A stretch of 48,462 bases of DNA from Roseobacter sp. (GTDB taxonomy: Bacteria; Pseudomonadota; Alphaproteobacteria; Rhodobacterales; Rhodobacteraceae): contig JBFFFS010000001.1 in NCBI GenBank assembly GCA_041557855.1, positions 1-48,462 of the forward strand, given 5' to 3'. Below are positions 27,651 to 41,223 of the stretch, one piece after another; the stretch's first letter is position 1; every line of letters starts with the position of its first letter. A program made the position numbers and the translations under genes. Below the pieces are notes generated by a model. That model was not told the origin of the DNA. It did no database searches and saw only the letters and a list, made by a program, of their open reading frames with translations.

Positions 27651-29591
27651 TCAGCCGCGCGCACTGTTGAGGTCGACCACCTTCGGATCGCGCCCGAGCA
27701 AACGGCAGACTACCTCGGCGATACCGGTCACATCTAGGCCCGCGTCCCGATACATCTCCGCCGGAGAGGCCTGATCGATGAACCGGTCCGGCAGGCACAG
27801 CGTCCGCACCCGGCAGCCGTGATCAAGCAATCCTTCCCGCGCCATGGCCTGCAGAACCATCGCGCCAAAACCACCCTGCGCACCCTGCTCCACCGTAACC
27901 AGCGCTTCATGGGTCTGCGCCAGCCGCGCGATCAGTTCCATATCCAGCGGCTTGGCAAAACGCGCATCCGCCACCGTGACGCTGACGCCCTCTCCGGCCA
28001 GCAGCGTCGCCACCGCGTCGCAATCGCTCAGGATCGTGCCCAACGACAACAGAGCGACATCACCACGGCCCTCGCGAAGCACACGGCCCTTTCCGATTTT
28101 CAGCACCTCGCCACGCTCCGGCAGGCTCACGCCCGTGCCATTGCCTCGCGGATAGCGGAAGGCGATCGGGCCGCTGTCATGGGCAACGGCGGTAGCCACC
28201 ATGTGCACCAGCTCCGCCTCGTCCGCGGCCGCCATGACCGTCATGCCCGGCAGCGCGCCCAGATACCCGATGTCGAAGGCCCCGGCGTGGGTTGCACCAT
28301 CCGCCCCCACCAGCCCGGCCCGGTCGATGGCAAAACGCACCGGCAGTCCCTGCAGCGCCACGTCATGCACTACCTGATCATAGCCGCGTTGCAGGAAGGT
28401 CGAATATATCGCGCAGAAGGGTTTCAGCCCGGAAGCCGCCATCCCGGCGGCAAAGGTCACCCCGTGCTGCTCGGCGATACCGACGTCGAACACCCGTCCG
28501 GGAAACCGCTTTGCCATCCGGTCCACACCGGTGCCCGAAGGCATCGCGGCCGTTACCGCCACGACGGAAGGATCGTCGGCCGCCGCCTGCGTCAGCGCAT
28601 CACCGAACACCGCCGTGTAGGACGGTGCATTCGCCTTGGCCTTGGCCTGCACCCCGGTGCCGACATCGAACTTGGAAACACCATGGTATTTGTCCGCCGA
28701 GCCTTCGGCGGGCCCATAGCCCTTGCCCTTGACGGTACAGCAATGGATCAGAACCGGCCCCGTGGCCCGCGCCTTGGCCCCGCGCAGCACGCTGAGCAGT
28801 TGCCCCATGTCGTGCCCGTCGATGGGACCGATATAATCAAAGCCCAGTTCTTCGAAGAAAGTGCCGCGGCTTTCCAGCCCGGTGACCAGCTCGCGCGCGC
28901 GGCGTGCGCCGTCCCTTACCGGCTTCGGCGCGAATTGCTCCATGCCCTCGGCCATCGCCACAAGCCCGCCGAACGGCCCCTTGCGCGACAGATCGGAAAG
29001 GCTGGACAGGTAAGACGACATTGCCCCGACAGGCGGCGCAATGCTCATCTCGTTGTCGTTGAGGATCACGAAAATCCGTCGGCCTTCGTGCCCGGCATTG
29101 TTGAGCGCCTCGTAGGCCATGCCCGCGCTGATCGAGCCGTCCCCGATCACCGCCACTGCATCGCCCGTGGGCATGCCCATGTCGCGCCCGACGGTAAAGC
29201 CCAGAGCGGCCGAGATGGACGTGCTGGAATGGGCCGCGCCGAAAGGATCGAATTCGGATTCCGAGCGTTTGGTGAAGCCGCTGATCCCCCCGCCCTGCCG
29301 CAGGCCGTGCATGCGGCTGCGCCGGCCGGTCAGTATCTTGTGCGGATAGCACTGGTGGCCGACATCCCAGATCAGCTTGTCGCGCGGCGTATCGAAGACG
29401 GCATGGATCGCCACGCTCAACTCCACCACACCAAGGCTCGAACCCAGGTGCCCGCCGGTTTCGCTGACGGCACGGATCACCTCGCCACGCAACTCGTCGG
29501 CAACATTTCTCAGCGCGCGATCACTCATGCCGCGCAGATCGGCAGGTCAGGCGACGCGGTCGAGGGTCGGGGTGTGTGATGCTTCGGTCAT
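27651..29591 (-). CDS. dxs: 1-deoxy-D-xylulose-5-phosphate synthase (photosynthesis-cluster copy), with in-frame TGA at codon 15
   Basis: [26 protein letters not shown]...EALNN, GIAEQH, DRAG..GADG.TH; AAGGAG RBS at ATG 29591; reads [23 protein letters not shown]; open frame resumes to 27651. Confidence 0.93.
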
Positions 29592-29658
29592 GGCGCACGT
29601 CTCCTTGCAGGTGCGATGCCGGGAACCTCTTGCCAAGGCCCTTGTCCCGGTCATCGGG

Positions 29659-29700
29659 AAAACAAAAGGGGTCGCACCGGTGTTCAGCCGCTGCGACCCC
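29659..29700 (-). terminator. Rho-independent terminator at 3' end of puf operon
   Basis: GGGGTCGCA...TGCGACCCC stem followed by TTTTGTTTT on minus strand. Confidence 0.75.
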
Positions 29701-29817
29701 AGGTTCCTGTAGCCAACAGGAAGGGAACCGGGGTGTTGAGACCCCGTAGCCCGGACCAAGGAAGCCGATGGTCCGTGCGCGGCGAGGAGCCAGGCGGCGG
29801 GAGGGCCGCCTGCGCTC
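29659..29817 (-). ncRNA. Candidate structured RNA in the puf 3' UTR (PcrX-like position)
   Basis: Five consecutive hairpins between the pufC stop and the T-tract; not verified as a transcript. Confidence 0.4.
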
Positions 29818-30933
29818 CTATTCGTAAACCGGCGCTTCGCTGGTCGCGAGCTCTGGCCAGTCGGCAATCACATTCATGCCTTGCATGGGTTGCTGATACC
29901 CTTTGTGGCAGGTCTTGCAGGCGGCCTTGGGCGCATCCGCATAAACCGGGCCAAGCCGTTCGGCCGGGTATTCGTCTTTCAGCGGGATCAGGTATTCCTG
30001 ATTCATCTCGATCACCATCTGACGTCCCAGCAGGGCCGTGCCCCACTGCGGCGTCACCTGACCGGGGTCATAGAAAGCGCGGCTGTTGTGACAGAATACG
30101 CAGTTCACCCCGAGGCTGTTGGCGAAGTAGTTCATCAGCGAATAGGTCTGCTCCGCCTTCTGGATGGTATGATATTCCCCATCCCCCGGCGTGCCGGCGA
30201 CGCGGCTTTCCAGATCGTGCACGTTCACCGCTTCATAGTCGGTCAGATAGACCTCCAGCGCGTTCGATGGCAGCGAGGTGGACTGGCTCAGCGAGGTCGC
30301 CCGGTTCTGCACGGCCGACCATCCTTCCGCCGACTTATTGACCGGCGTGATGTTGAACCAGATCTCCGACGGGACGTTCTCGCCTCTGTGGCAGGTGTAG
30401 CAGTTCACGCCGACCTGCTGGTTGGCATTGACGTGGCCATCCCAGTTCTCGTTGATGTTCTGCGTCATCTGGATCATCCGGCGGGCGACGACCTTGGTGT
30501 ACAGGTTGTCCTCGCCGTAGCTCTCCATGTCGCCATCGCCATGGCAATAGACGCATCCCTCCTCCGGAGCGACCCACTGGGTGATGGCTGACATCACCCG
30601 GTTGAAGTTGTCCTCCGTCAGATCGCCGAGCACCTGGACGTTCTGGTAGATGTCCTTGGCCAGGTCCTCGCCGCCTTCGGGCACGTAGGGCGCTTCGGTG
30701 TAGTAGTTCTCGATCGTCGGGTCGGGATCGAACCGGTCGAAGTTGAACTCGGGCACCGACATGCCGGTGCCGCGCGGACCAGTCTGCAGACTGGCCGTCT
30801 GCGCCGGGTTGCCCCAGGCCACCAGCATCACCGCCACGAAGACCGCGCCGCCGAGTGCCCCGATCAGGATCGCCGGACCGAAGATATTGGTCGGGTTGTC
30901 CTGGTTCCATTTGTTAAACCACTTGGGCAGCAT
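29818..30933 (-). CDS. pufC: Reaction-centre tetraheme cytochrome c subunit
   Basis: Four CxxCH motifs (CVYCH, CYTCH, CVFCH, CKTCH); QTGPRGTGM; follows pufM. Confidence 0.96.
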   Translation of the reverse strand: MLPKWFNKWNQDNPTNIFGPAILIGALGGAVFVAVMLVAWGNPAQTASLQTGPRGTGMSVPEFNFDRFDPDPTIENYYTEAPYVPEGGEDLAKDIYQNVQVLGDLTEDNFNRVMSAITQWVAPEEGCVYCHGDGDMESYGEDNLYTKVVARRMIQMTQNINENWDGHVNANQQVGVNCYTCHRGENVPSEIWFNITPVNKSAEGWSAVQNRATSLSQSTSLPSNALEVYLTDYEAVNVHDLESRVAGTPGDGEYHTIQKAEQTYSLMNYFANSLGVNCVFCHNSRAFYDPGQVTPQWGTALLGRQMVIEMNQEYLIPLKDEYPAERLGPVYADAPKAACKTCHKGYQQPMQGMNVIADWPELATSEAPVYE

Positions 30934-30935
30934 GA

Positions 30936-31931
30936 TCAGTTCTCCTTCCCGATAAAGGCTTCGTAGGTGCCGTAATCGGCATAGCCATAGGAGCCGTCAT
31001 ACATGGGTGCGAAATTGTGCTCCTGCGCCCAGATGAACCAGTTATCGACGACCGTTCCGGTCAGCAGGATCCCGATACCACCCGTGATCGGGGTGAGAAC
31101 CGCGAACCACCACGCCCAGCGGTGGATGCCTTCCATGGTGGCGTTGAAGCCCATGGTCCAGCGCCAGAAGAGGGCGGCGCGTTCCGTGGCCGTGCCGCGG
31201 TCGTAGATCTGCTCCAGTTCCCGGTCGCCGCCATAGCGGGTCACCGCGAGGATGGTGCCACCGTGCATGCAGAAGAGCAGCACAGAGCCATAAAGGAAAA
31301 CGATCGAAAGACAGTGGAACGGGTTGTAGTAGAGGTTGCCGTAACGAATGGAGAACGCCGTCGTCCAGTCGAGGTGCGGGAAGATGCCGTAGGGCACCGC
31401 CTCGCTCCACGACCCCATCAGGATCGGACGGAACAGGCCCAGCACGAGGAACAGCCACACCGCGGCGGCAAAGCCCCAGAAGATGTGCTTGCCCATCTTG
31501 TGCTGCTCAGCGAGCAGATAGGCCCTGAGCAACCAGGTCATCACCGAGACCAGCAGGAAAAAGCTGGCGATGATGTACCAGCCGCCATCATTGAGTGGCG
31601 GCATGGTCAGCCCGTATTCGGGGCTGGGCGGCTCCAGTGCCAGCCAGAAGAGCTGGCGGATGAACTGCGGGATCGACCAGCCGACCTGCGCCAGCATGTT
31701 GAAGCCCACGATCACGAACCAGGCGATCCCGGTGGCGAAAGCCACCAGCGTCGTCCAGCCCACGTAATAGGGTCCGAGCTGCGCGTTGCCGAAAATGCCC
31801 ACGACGGTGTTGAAGCGGGGGCTACCCACCCGTTCCTCCATCATGTTGTTGCCGGCGTCATCCATGCCCCATTCGGGTTTGCCCTGGACCTGCACCTGCG
31901 TGAAGATGTTCTGATATTCAGGAAACGCCAT
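30936..31931 (-). CDS. pufM: Photosynthetic reaction centre M subunit
   Basis: [54 protein letters not shown]; GGGAGG RBS before ATG at 31931. Confidence 0.98.
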   Translation of the reverse strand: MAFPEYQNIFTQVQVQGKPEWGMDDAGNNMMEERVGSPRFNTVVGIFGNAQLGPYYVGWTTLVAFATGIAWFVIVGFNMLAQVGWSIPQFIRQLFWLALEPPSPEYGLTMPPLNDGGWYIIASFFLLVSVMTWLLRAYLLAEQHKMGKHIFWGFAAAVWLFLVLGLFRPILMGSWSEAVPYGIFPHLDWTTAFSIRYGNLYYNPFHCLSIVFLYGSVLLFCMHGGTILAVTRYGGDRELEQIYDRGTATERAALFWRWTMGFNATMEGIHRWAWWFAVLTPITGGIGILLTGTVVDNWFIWAQEHNFAPMYDGSYGYADYGTYEAFIGKEN

Positions 31932-31933
31932 GA

Positions 31934-32782
31934 TTACATTCCTCCCGCGGCAATGGGTTCGCCCCAGATCGGCAGATCGAGCCACCAGTTCCACCATTCA
32001 GGCCAACCTGCGGTCCAGACCGGACCGGAGATGATGATACAGACGGCCGAGAAGAGCACCGCGTTGATCGCCAGCAAATAGCCCACGCGGTGAATGCCCA
32101 GCGTACCGACCGAATAGCCGATGAAATCGCGGAAGAAGGTATCTTCGTGATCGGGGGTCTTTGCCTCTTCGCCCTTCTCGGGGTTACAGGCCGACAGGAT
32201 CAGCCCGCCGTGCAGCGCCAGCGCCAGCGTGGTGGTGAAGAACAAAGTCACCGCCAGCATGTGGGCCGGGTTGTAGTGGAAGTGCAGGTAGGCGTAGCCA
32301 GTGTTGCTCACCCAGTCGAGGTGGCTGAAGATGCCATAGGGAAACCCATGGCCCCAGGCGCCCATCAGCAGCGGGCGAAAGATGACCAGCGTGACGTAGG
32401 CGAGGATTGCGAAGGCGAAACCGAAGGGCACGTGATAGCCCATGCCCAGCTTTCGGCAAATCTCCACCTCGCGCAGGGCCCAGCTTATGAACGCGCCGGT
32501 CGCGCAGATCGTGATGATCTGCCAGAGCCCACCTTCCATCAGCGGTGCCAGCCCCAAACCGTAGCTAAGATCAGGGGGGGCGATGTTGATGAGCCAGGGA
32601 TTGAACGTGCCTTGCTGGGATGCGCCCCAGAAGATCAGGATCGTCCCGAGCAATGCAAAAAAGGCGGTCGTGACCCCGAAGAAGCCAACGTAGAACGGCC
32701 CCACCCAGAAGTCGAACAGATCGCCCCCGATCAGCGTCCCTCCGCGGACGCGATATTTTCTTTCGAAGCTTAGCAACGCCAT
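31934..32782 (-). CDS. pufL: Photosynthetic reaction centre L subunit
   Basis: [38 protein letters not shown]. Confidence 0.98.
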   Translation of the reverse strand: MALLSFERKYRVRGGTLIGGDLFDFWVGPFYVGFFGVTTAFFALLGTILIFWGASQQGTFNPWLINIAPPDLSYGLGLAPLMEGGLWQIITICATGAFISWALREVEICRKLGMGYHVPFGFAFAILAYVTLVIFRPLLMGAWGHGFPYGIFSHLDWVSNTGYAYLHFHYNPAHMLAVTLFFTTTLALALHGGLILSACNPEKGEEAKTPDHEDTFFRDFIGYSVGTLGIHRVGYLLAINAVLFSAVCIIISGPVWTAGWPEWWNWWLDLPIWGEPIAAGGM

Positions 32783-32918
32783 CTTCTATTCTCCGCGTAT
32801 ATGCGGCGCGCCTGATCCGGAGCAGCCGGTCCCGGACACGTACTCTCGCACCTGTCTGCTTGACCGACGGGCATCCAAGGCGGAGGCCGTCAAATTATCC
32901 ATTGCAAGTTCGCCGCGG

Positions 32919-32947
32919 GCGGGCGGCGCACACTAAAGACCGCCCGC
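32919..32947 (-). promoter_or_regulatory. pufA-pufL intercistronic stem-loop (mRNA stability element)
   Basis: GCGGGCGG/CCGCCCGC 8-bp stem; position matches the known stabiliser of pufBA mRNA in purple bacteria. Confidence 0.55.
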
Positions 32948-33002
32948 AGCATTTCTATGTGCCAGTGTTCCGGAAAACGTGCCTTGCGGCCCGCGTGCCG
33001 AA

Positions 33003-33161
33003 TTACTGACCACCAGCGGCAGCTGCCGCCTCGAACCAGTTCAGGCCACTGCTGAGCACCACAAGGTGGATCATAGCAGCCAAAAGGAAGAGGAATACGC
33101 CCTGCGCCACGAAAACGCGGCGGGGGTCAAAGATGAGCCAGATCTTGTAGAACTTTGCCAT
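33003..33161 (-). CDS. pufA: LH1 alpha polypeptide (absent from ORF track)
   Basis: Manual translation [52 protein letters not shown]; AAGGAG RBS. Confidence 0.97.
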   Translation of the reverse strand: MAKFYKIWLIFDPRRVFVAQGVFLFLLAAMIHLVVLSSGLNWFEAAAAAGGQ

Positions 33162-33172
33162 ATCCATCTCCT

Positions 33173-33322
33173 TTAGAACCACGGACGCCAGATAAAGGTC
33201 GCCAAGTGAGCGACCACAGCAACTGCCGAGAACAGCCAGAGGCCGCTCATATAGACAGAGTGCAATTCCTGCGCCTGTTCGTCTGTGAGACCTGTGAAGG
33301 ACAGGTCGGTATTATCAGCCAT
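33173..33322 (-). CDS. pufB: LH1 beta polypeptide (absent from ORF track)
   Basis: Manual translation [49 protein letters not shown]; GGAGG RBS. Confidence 0.97.
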   Translation of the reverse strand: MADNTDLSFTGLTDEQAQELHSVYMSGLWLFSAVAVVAHLATFIWRPWF

Positions 33323-33508
33323 AATTATTCCTCCGGAACGTTATGCTGACGCCGCGCACCCCGCGGCCGGGTCCTTCGGGGGTTACCCCCCTCGGGGTTC
33401 TGAACACCTGGTCGCCCAGGTATGCAGTCTTGAGACTCGACAGGCGCACATTGCCGAGACGTCGGGTTCCGCACCGGGCCTTGCCAGCCGTTGTGTGCGA
33501 AAGGTCTT

Positions 33509-36903
<3,395 letters not shown>

Positions 36904-36907
<4 letters not shown>

Positions 36908-37077
36908 GCGGCGTGGTCCTCGGCAGCGCCTCTCAAATTTCGCAGCACTTCGACCAGCCGCCGGGAAGCCTCGAGATGCTCGAGCGCAAGCGCATGCTCC
37001 TCGCGCGCACTGCGCTCGGTCAAAGCACTATGCTTCATCGCGATGTCGGATTGTTTGAAGTGTTCAAGCCTCGTCAT
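36904..37077 (-). CDS. 57-aa hypothetical protein between bchX and bchY (absent from ORF track)
   Basis: [57 protein letters not shown]; GGAGG RBS inside bchX end; stop overlaps bchY start (GTGA). Confidence 0.65.
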
Positions 37078-38068
37078 ACACTACCTCCAGAGACGGTTTC
37101 GGAGCGGCATTCTTGCCGCGCATGTCCTGATCGGTCGCCGGTTCCAGCACGAAATCGCCTCCGGTTTCGGAAGCGTCGAAAAGGCCCAGCAACCCATCCT
37201 GATCCAGCGGCGTCGGCCGCATCGGGGGCGCGTCGGCGACGTTCTCGCCCAGACCCGCGAACAAGTCTCCCCAGCGCGATTTCGCGGTGCCGACGATCTG
37301 ATAGTTTGCCGACTTCTTGCGCAGGTCATCGTCCTGCGGGATCGACGCGAGGATCGGAATATCCACGGCCTCGGCAAATGCCGCCGCCTCACCGCTGCCG
37401 TCATCCTTGTTGATGACCAGCCCCGCGACACCGACATTGCCGCCCAGCTTGCGGAAATACTCCACCGCCGAGCAGACGTTGTTGGCGACGTAAAGCGACT
37501 GCAGATCGTTCGACGCGACGAGAATTACCTTCTGCGCCATGTCCCGAGCGATCGGCAGGCCAAAGCCGCCGCAAACCACGTCACCGAGGAAATCGAGAAG
37601 AACGTAGTCAAAATCCCAATCGTGAAAGCCGAGCTTTTCGAGCAACTCGAACCCATGAATAATTCCGCGACCTCCGCAGCCGCGCCCGACCTCCGGGCCG
37701 CCGAGCTCCATGGCAAAGACGCCGCCGCGCTTGAAACAGACGTCGCCAATCTTCACCTCTTCGCCCGCGAGCTTCTTGCGCGTCGAGGTCTCGATGATCG
37801 TCGGACAGGCCTTGCCGCCGAACAGCAGCGAGGTAGTGTCCGATTTCGGGTCGCAGCCGATCAGCAGCACGCGCTTGCCCTGCTCGGCCATCATGTGGCT
37901 GAGGTTGGCCAGCGTGAACGATTTGCCGATACCGCCCTTGCCGTAGATCGCGATGATCTGGGTTTTCTTCGACGGCGGATCCTGCGGCACCTCCAGCGTC
38001 GGCTCGGTCGCAGCCTCATCCTTCAGGCGCGCATCGAAATCCTTGAGGTTTGGTACTTCGTCCTTCAC
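37064..38068 (-). CDS. bchX: Chlorophyllide a reductase iron protein subunit X
   Basis: [40 protein letters not shown]; GTG start overlapping bchC stop. Confidence 0.96.
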   Translation of the reverse strand: MKDEVPNLKDFDARLKDEAATEPTLEVPQDPPSKKTQIIAIYGKGGIGKSFTLANLSHMMAEQGKRVLLIGCDPKSDTTSLLFGGKACPTIIETSTRKKLAGEEVKIGDVCFKRGGVFAMELGGPEVGRGCGGRGIIHGFELLEKLGFHDWDFDYVLLDFLGDVVCGGFGLPIARDMAQKVILVASNDLQSLYVANNVCSAVEYFRKLGGNVGVAGLVINKDDGSGEAAAFAEAVDIPILASIPQDDDLRKKSANYQIVGTAKSRWGDLFAGLGENVADAPPMRPTPLDQDGLLGLFDASETGGDFVLEPATDQDMRGKNAAPKPSLEVVYDEA

Positions 38069-39006
38069 GCAACGTCCTTCCAGTTCAAGATCATTTTCAG
38101 ACAGTCCGGATCGGAGAACGCCTGGGTATAGGCCGCACGGGCCTCGCGATGTGACATCTGGTGCGTGATGAGCCCGTCGAGGCTCAGCAGGCCGCCTTCG
38201 ACCAGCGCGCGTGTCGCGGCCAGATCGCCATGGGTCCATTCCGCCGCCACGCGGAACCGCGCCTCTTTCATGAAGGCCGGCGGAAAGGCAAAACTGATGG
38301 CGGTGGAATAGAAGCCGGCCAGCACGATCTCGCCACCCTTGCCCAATCGCGCCACCAGATCGTTTAGCACCTCGACACTGCCGGAGGCGTCATAGACAGA
38401 CATGTAATCGCGTCGGCTGTCCTCGGCGGGATCGATCACGTCGTAGCCCTCGGCACCAGCCCTCCGGCTCGGATCGATTTCCCAGACCACCGGCGCGGGT
38501 GCACCTGCCGCGATCGTCATCCGCGCCAGCAACCGGCCCAGGACACCGTGACCCACGATCAGGTCCGGCACGGATTTATTGAGCCCGGCCATGGCGTGTC
38601 GCGCGGTTGCCGCCAGCGCCAGAAGAGCACCGTTCGCCCCGTGGCTCGAATCGATTCGGGTAACACGGTCGGCCGCTGTGACCACGCGTGCCGCGGCCCC
38701 GCCGAAAAGACCGAAAGCGCCATCATAACAATTCGCACCCGGTACAAAGACGCGCTCGCCCACTTTGAAACCGGTGCCACTTGGCGCTTCGACCACTTCG
38801 CCGACGGCTTCATATCCGGGGACCAGAGGATAGCCCATGCCCGGGAAAGGCGGCATCTGTCCGCTCCAGAAGAGTTTTTCTGTTCCCGTGGAAATGCCGG
38901 AGTGTTCGATCTCGACAACCAGATCGCCGCTGCCCGGTGCCGTCAGCATCAGGGTCTCCACGTCAAGGTCTCTGGGACCTTTCAGAAGAACGGCGGCCGT
39001 GTCCAA
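38065..39006 (-). CDS. bchC: 3-hydroxyethyl bacteriochlorophyllide a dehydrogenase
   Basis: [48 protein letters not shown]; TTG start. Confidence 0.95.
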   Translation of the reverse strand: MDTAAVLLKGPRDLDVETLMLTAPGSGDLVVEIEHSGISTGTEKLFWSGQMPPFPGMGYPLVPGYEAVGEVVEAPSGTGFKVGERVFVPGANCYDGAFGLFGGAAARVVTAADRVTRIDSSHGANGALLALAATARHAMAGLNKSVPDLIVGHGVLGRLLARMTIAAGAPAPVVWEIDPSRRAGAEGYDVIDPAEDSRRDYMSVYDASGSVEVLNDLVARLGKGGEIVLAGFYSTAISFAFPPAFMKEARFRVAAEWTHGDLAATRALVEGGLLSLDGLITHQMSHREARAAYTQAFSDPDCLKMILNWKDVA

Positions 39007-39032
39007 GAATTTTCCCTCCGTCTCCGCGGCCT

Positions 39033-39046
39033 TTGATCTGTGTCAA
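39033..39046. promoter_or_regulatory. FNR/FnrL-like box in bchC leader
   Basis: TTGAT-CTGT-GTCAA, one mismatch from TTGAT-N4-ATCAA. Confidence 0.55.
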
Positions 39047-39117
39047 AGACTCATTACACATTCTAGCGGTTTCTGTCAGTTTAATCTGACATATGTTTGT
39101 GTCAACTCTAATTGACA
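39041..39117. promoter_or_regulatory. Three PpsR/CrtJ boxes upstream of bchC
   Basis: TGT-N12-ACA at 39041-39058, 39074-39091 and 39100-39117 (last two 8 bp apart, the canonical bchC arrangement). Confidence 0.88.
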
Positions 39118-39126
39118 CTAGGCCGT

Positions 39127-40254
39127 TCAGGCGACGGGCTTTCGTCCCGTTACAACCCGCGTGACATAGGCGCGCGCAGGGGCCGGGCTGCGCAGGTCTT
39201 CGAAACCCGCCAACGCGCAAAGCGCCATGATCTCGTCAGGTGAGCGCGTACGGCCGGTCTGCATGGCCATCGTGTAAAATGCGAAGTAGATGTCACCCGC
39301 ACGGTCAGGCCGCGCCCCGCCCCCCATCGGCTCGGAAATGACCAGACGCCCACCAGGCGGCAAGGCCGCGTATACAGAGCGCAATAGTGCGGCGACCGTT
39401 TCGTCGGCGTGATCGTAGAGCACCCGCACCAACGACACCGCATCGGCGCCGATCGGCAGCGGATCATCCCGGAAGGAGCCCGCCTCCAGTGTCACGCGGT
39501 CAGACATGCCAGCAGCGTCGAAACGCGCAATGGCACCGGGGGTGACCTGCGGCAGATCGAACAGGGTCATCTGCAGACCGGGATAGGCATGTCCCACCGC
39601 TTCGAGAAACGCCCCTGTACCACCCCCCACATCCATCAGCCGGGCAATCCCCTTGAAGGACACCGCGCGCAGCGTGTCCTCCGCCACCAACCGCTGGCTC
39701 TGCGCCATCAGGTCGGAATAGATCGCGGCGGTTTCGTCGGGGATCTCTCCGCGCGCGCCGAAGACGTAGGGCCAGAACTCCGACAACTCGGTACGCTGCG
39801 GTCCACGCAGCAGGGCCACCGGATCGGCCAGATCAGAATAGAAAGACCGGTGGTGACGGATCATCGCCTCCAGCCCCGGCACACCCATCAGCGCCGCCCC
39901 CTTGCGCGCCAGCGCATAGGTCCCCGAGCGCTGCCGCTTGATCAACCCAAGCGCGGCCGCCGCCTGTAACAACACCCGCATGCGATCGGGGGGAATATCC
40001 GTGGCCTGCGCCAGCATCTCGGCAGAGCGCCCGCCACCCCGCAGCCGCCGGAGTAGGTCCAGCTCCACCACGGCCATAAGCACCTGGCTTTGCACGAATC
40101 CCTGCACCACGTCGAAGAGCACCGCTCCGTCCGCACGCGCCTGCCGCCGGGTCAGGGGAAAACGGCTCGCCCAGCTTTGAAAGCCCGGACGCGCGATGAG
40201 CCGGTTCAGCCAGCCGCCGCGCCACTCCGGCAGATCGCTGGCCGTATCCGCCAC
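39127..40254 (-). CDS. crtF: Demethylspheroidene O-methyltransferase
   Basis: FQSWASRFP, GFVQSQVL, MDVGGGTG, RVLYDH, YFAFYTMAM.TG. Confidence 0.93.
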   Translation of the reverse strand: MADTASDLPEWRGGWLNRLIARPGFQSWASRFPLTRRQARADGAVLFDVVQGFVQSQVLMAVVELDLLRRLRGGGRSAEMLAQATDIPPDRMRVLLQAAAALGLIKRQRSGTYALARKGAALMGVPGLEAMIRHHRSFYSDLADPVALLRGPQRTELSEFWPYVFGARGEIPDETAAIYSDLMAQSQRLVAEDTLRAVSFKGIARLMDVGGGTGAFLEAVGHAYPGLQMTLFDLPQVTPGAIARFDAAGMSDRVTLEAGSFRDDPLPIGADAVSLVRVLYDHADETVAALLRSVYAALPPGGRLVISEPMGGGARPDRAGDIYFAFYTMAMQTGRTRSPDEIMALCALAGFEDLRSPAPARAYVTRVVTGRKPVA

Positions 40255-41129
40255 TATTCCGCCGCTGTGATGTTCGGGGCCACAGGGGTCAGACGTTCGG
40301 CATATTGCCGGACCATCTCGGCCAGCTGCGCCTCTCCGGGGCAGGACGGGATCGAGGCGATGGCACCGCCCAGAATGTCCTTGAGCCGCGAGATCGCCCC
40401 CTGCACGCCCAGCAGTGTTACCGCGTTGGGCCGCCCGTGCAGATCATCCTGCCCGGCGGGCTTGCCCAATGTGTCCGCGTCATAGAGCGCATCGCGCAGA
40501 TCATCAGCCACCTGGAAGGCCTCGCCGATGCGTGCGCCCAGTTCGAACCAGGGCTCGGCCTCCTGCCCGGCGGAGATGGCCCCCATCTGCGTCGCCGCGA
40601 TGAACAAAGCCCCTGTCTTGGCCTGATGGTAGGCGGACAGGTCGATTTCCGTCTCGCTTTCCCAGCCCTGCCCGGCACAGATGCCGCCCGGCATGCCAGT
40701 GCGCTGCGCCAACGTCATGATGAGTTGCGCGACCCGCTCCGGGGCCGCAACCGACTGCCGCGCGAGAATTTCAAAGGCGAGCACGATCAGGCTGTCGCCC
40801 GTGAGCACCGCCAGAGGTTCCGAATAAGCCCTGTGCACCGAAGGCTTGCCGCGCCGGATGTCCGCATCGTCGAAACAGGGCAGATCGTCGTGAACAAGAC
40901 TGGCGCAATGAATGAGTTCCAGCGCCGAGGCCGCCGCATCCGAGACACCCGGCTTGTCATCCCCGCAGGCCATCGCCACCGACATCAGGATCGTTGGCCG
41001 GATGCGCGCCCCGCCGGGGGCCGTAGCATATCCAAGAGCAGAAGACAGACGCTGCGGCACCGCCCCCCTTCCCTGCCCCACGGCAATCGCTTGCGATATG
41101 GCGGCTTCGATGCGGGTCGTCATGCCCAT
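40254..41129 (-). CDS. crtE: Geranylgeranyl diphosphate synthase
   Basis: GGARIRP, LVHDDLPCFDD...RRG, FQVADD, GKPAGQD. Confidence 0.94.
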   Translation of the reverse strand: MGMTTRIEAAISQAIAVGQGRGAVPQRLSSALGYATAPGGARIRPTILMSVAMACGDDKPGVSDAAASALELIHCASLVHDDLPCFDDADIRRGKPSVHRAYSEPLAVLTGDSLIVLAFEILARQSVAAPERVAQLIMTLAQRTGMPGGICAGQGWESETEIDLSAYHQAKTGALFIAATQMGAISAGQEAEPWFELGARIGEAFQVADDLRDALYDADTLGKPAGQDDLHGRPNAVTLLGVQGAISRLKDILGGAIASIPSCPGEAQLAEMVRQYAERLTPVAPNITAAE

Positions 41130-41152
41130 GGGCGGTCCCTTTCACGAAAGAG

Positions 41153-41194
41153 TGTCACATCATACGGACACCAATGTGTAAACTATACTGGACA
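41153..41194. promoter_or_regulatory. Two PpsR boxes in the divergent crtE/crtD promoter
   Basis: TGT-N12-ACA at 41153-41170 and 41177-41194. Confidence 0.82.
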
Positions 41195-41223
41195 CATTGC
41201 AGCCACGAGTCAATAATCGGCTC

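Noticed and set aside
29510-29549. Selenocysteine recoding of the dxs TGA
   Set aside because: Only a 5-bp stem (TGCCG/CGGCA) right after the codon, not a convincing bacterial SECIS; the position is non-catalytic and DXS is not a known selenoprotein
27819-29579. 586-aa plus-strand ORF opposite dxs
   Set aside because: Antisense shadow frame typical of high-GC coding DNA; no motifs
31290-31345. PufM substitutions near the special pair ([12 protein letters not shown] versus GNLFYNPFHGLS in R. sphaeroides)
   Set aside because: Such variants are common among purple bacteria; His ligands are intact
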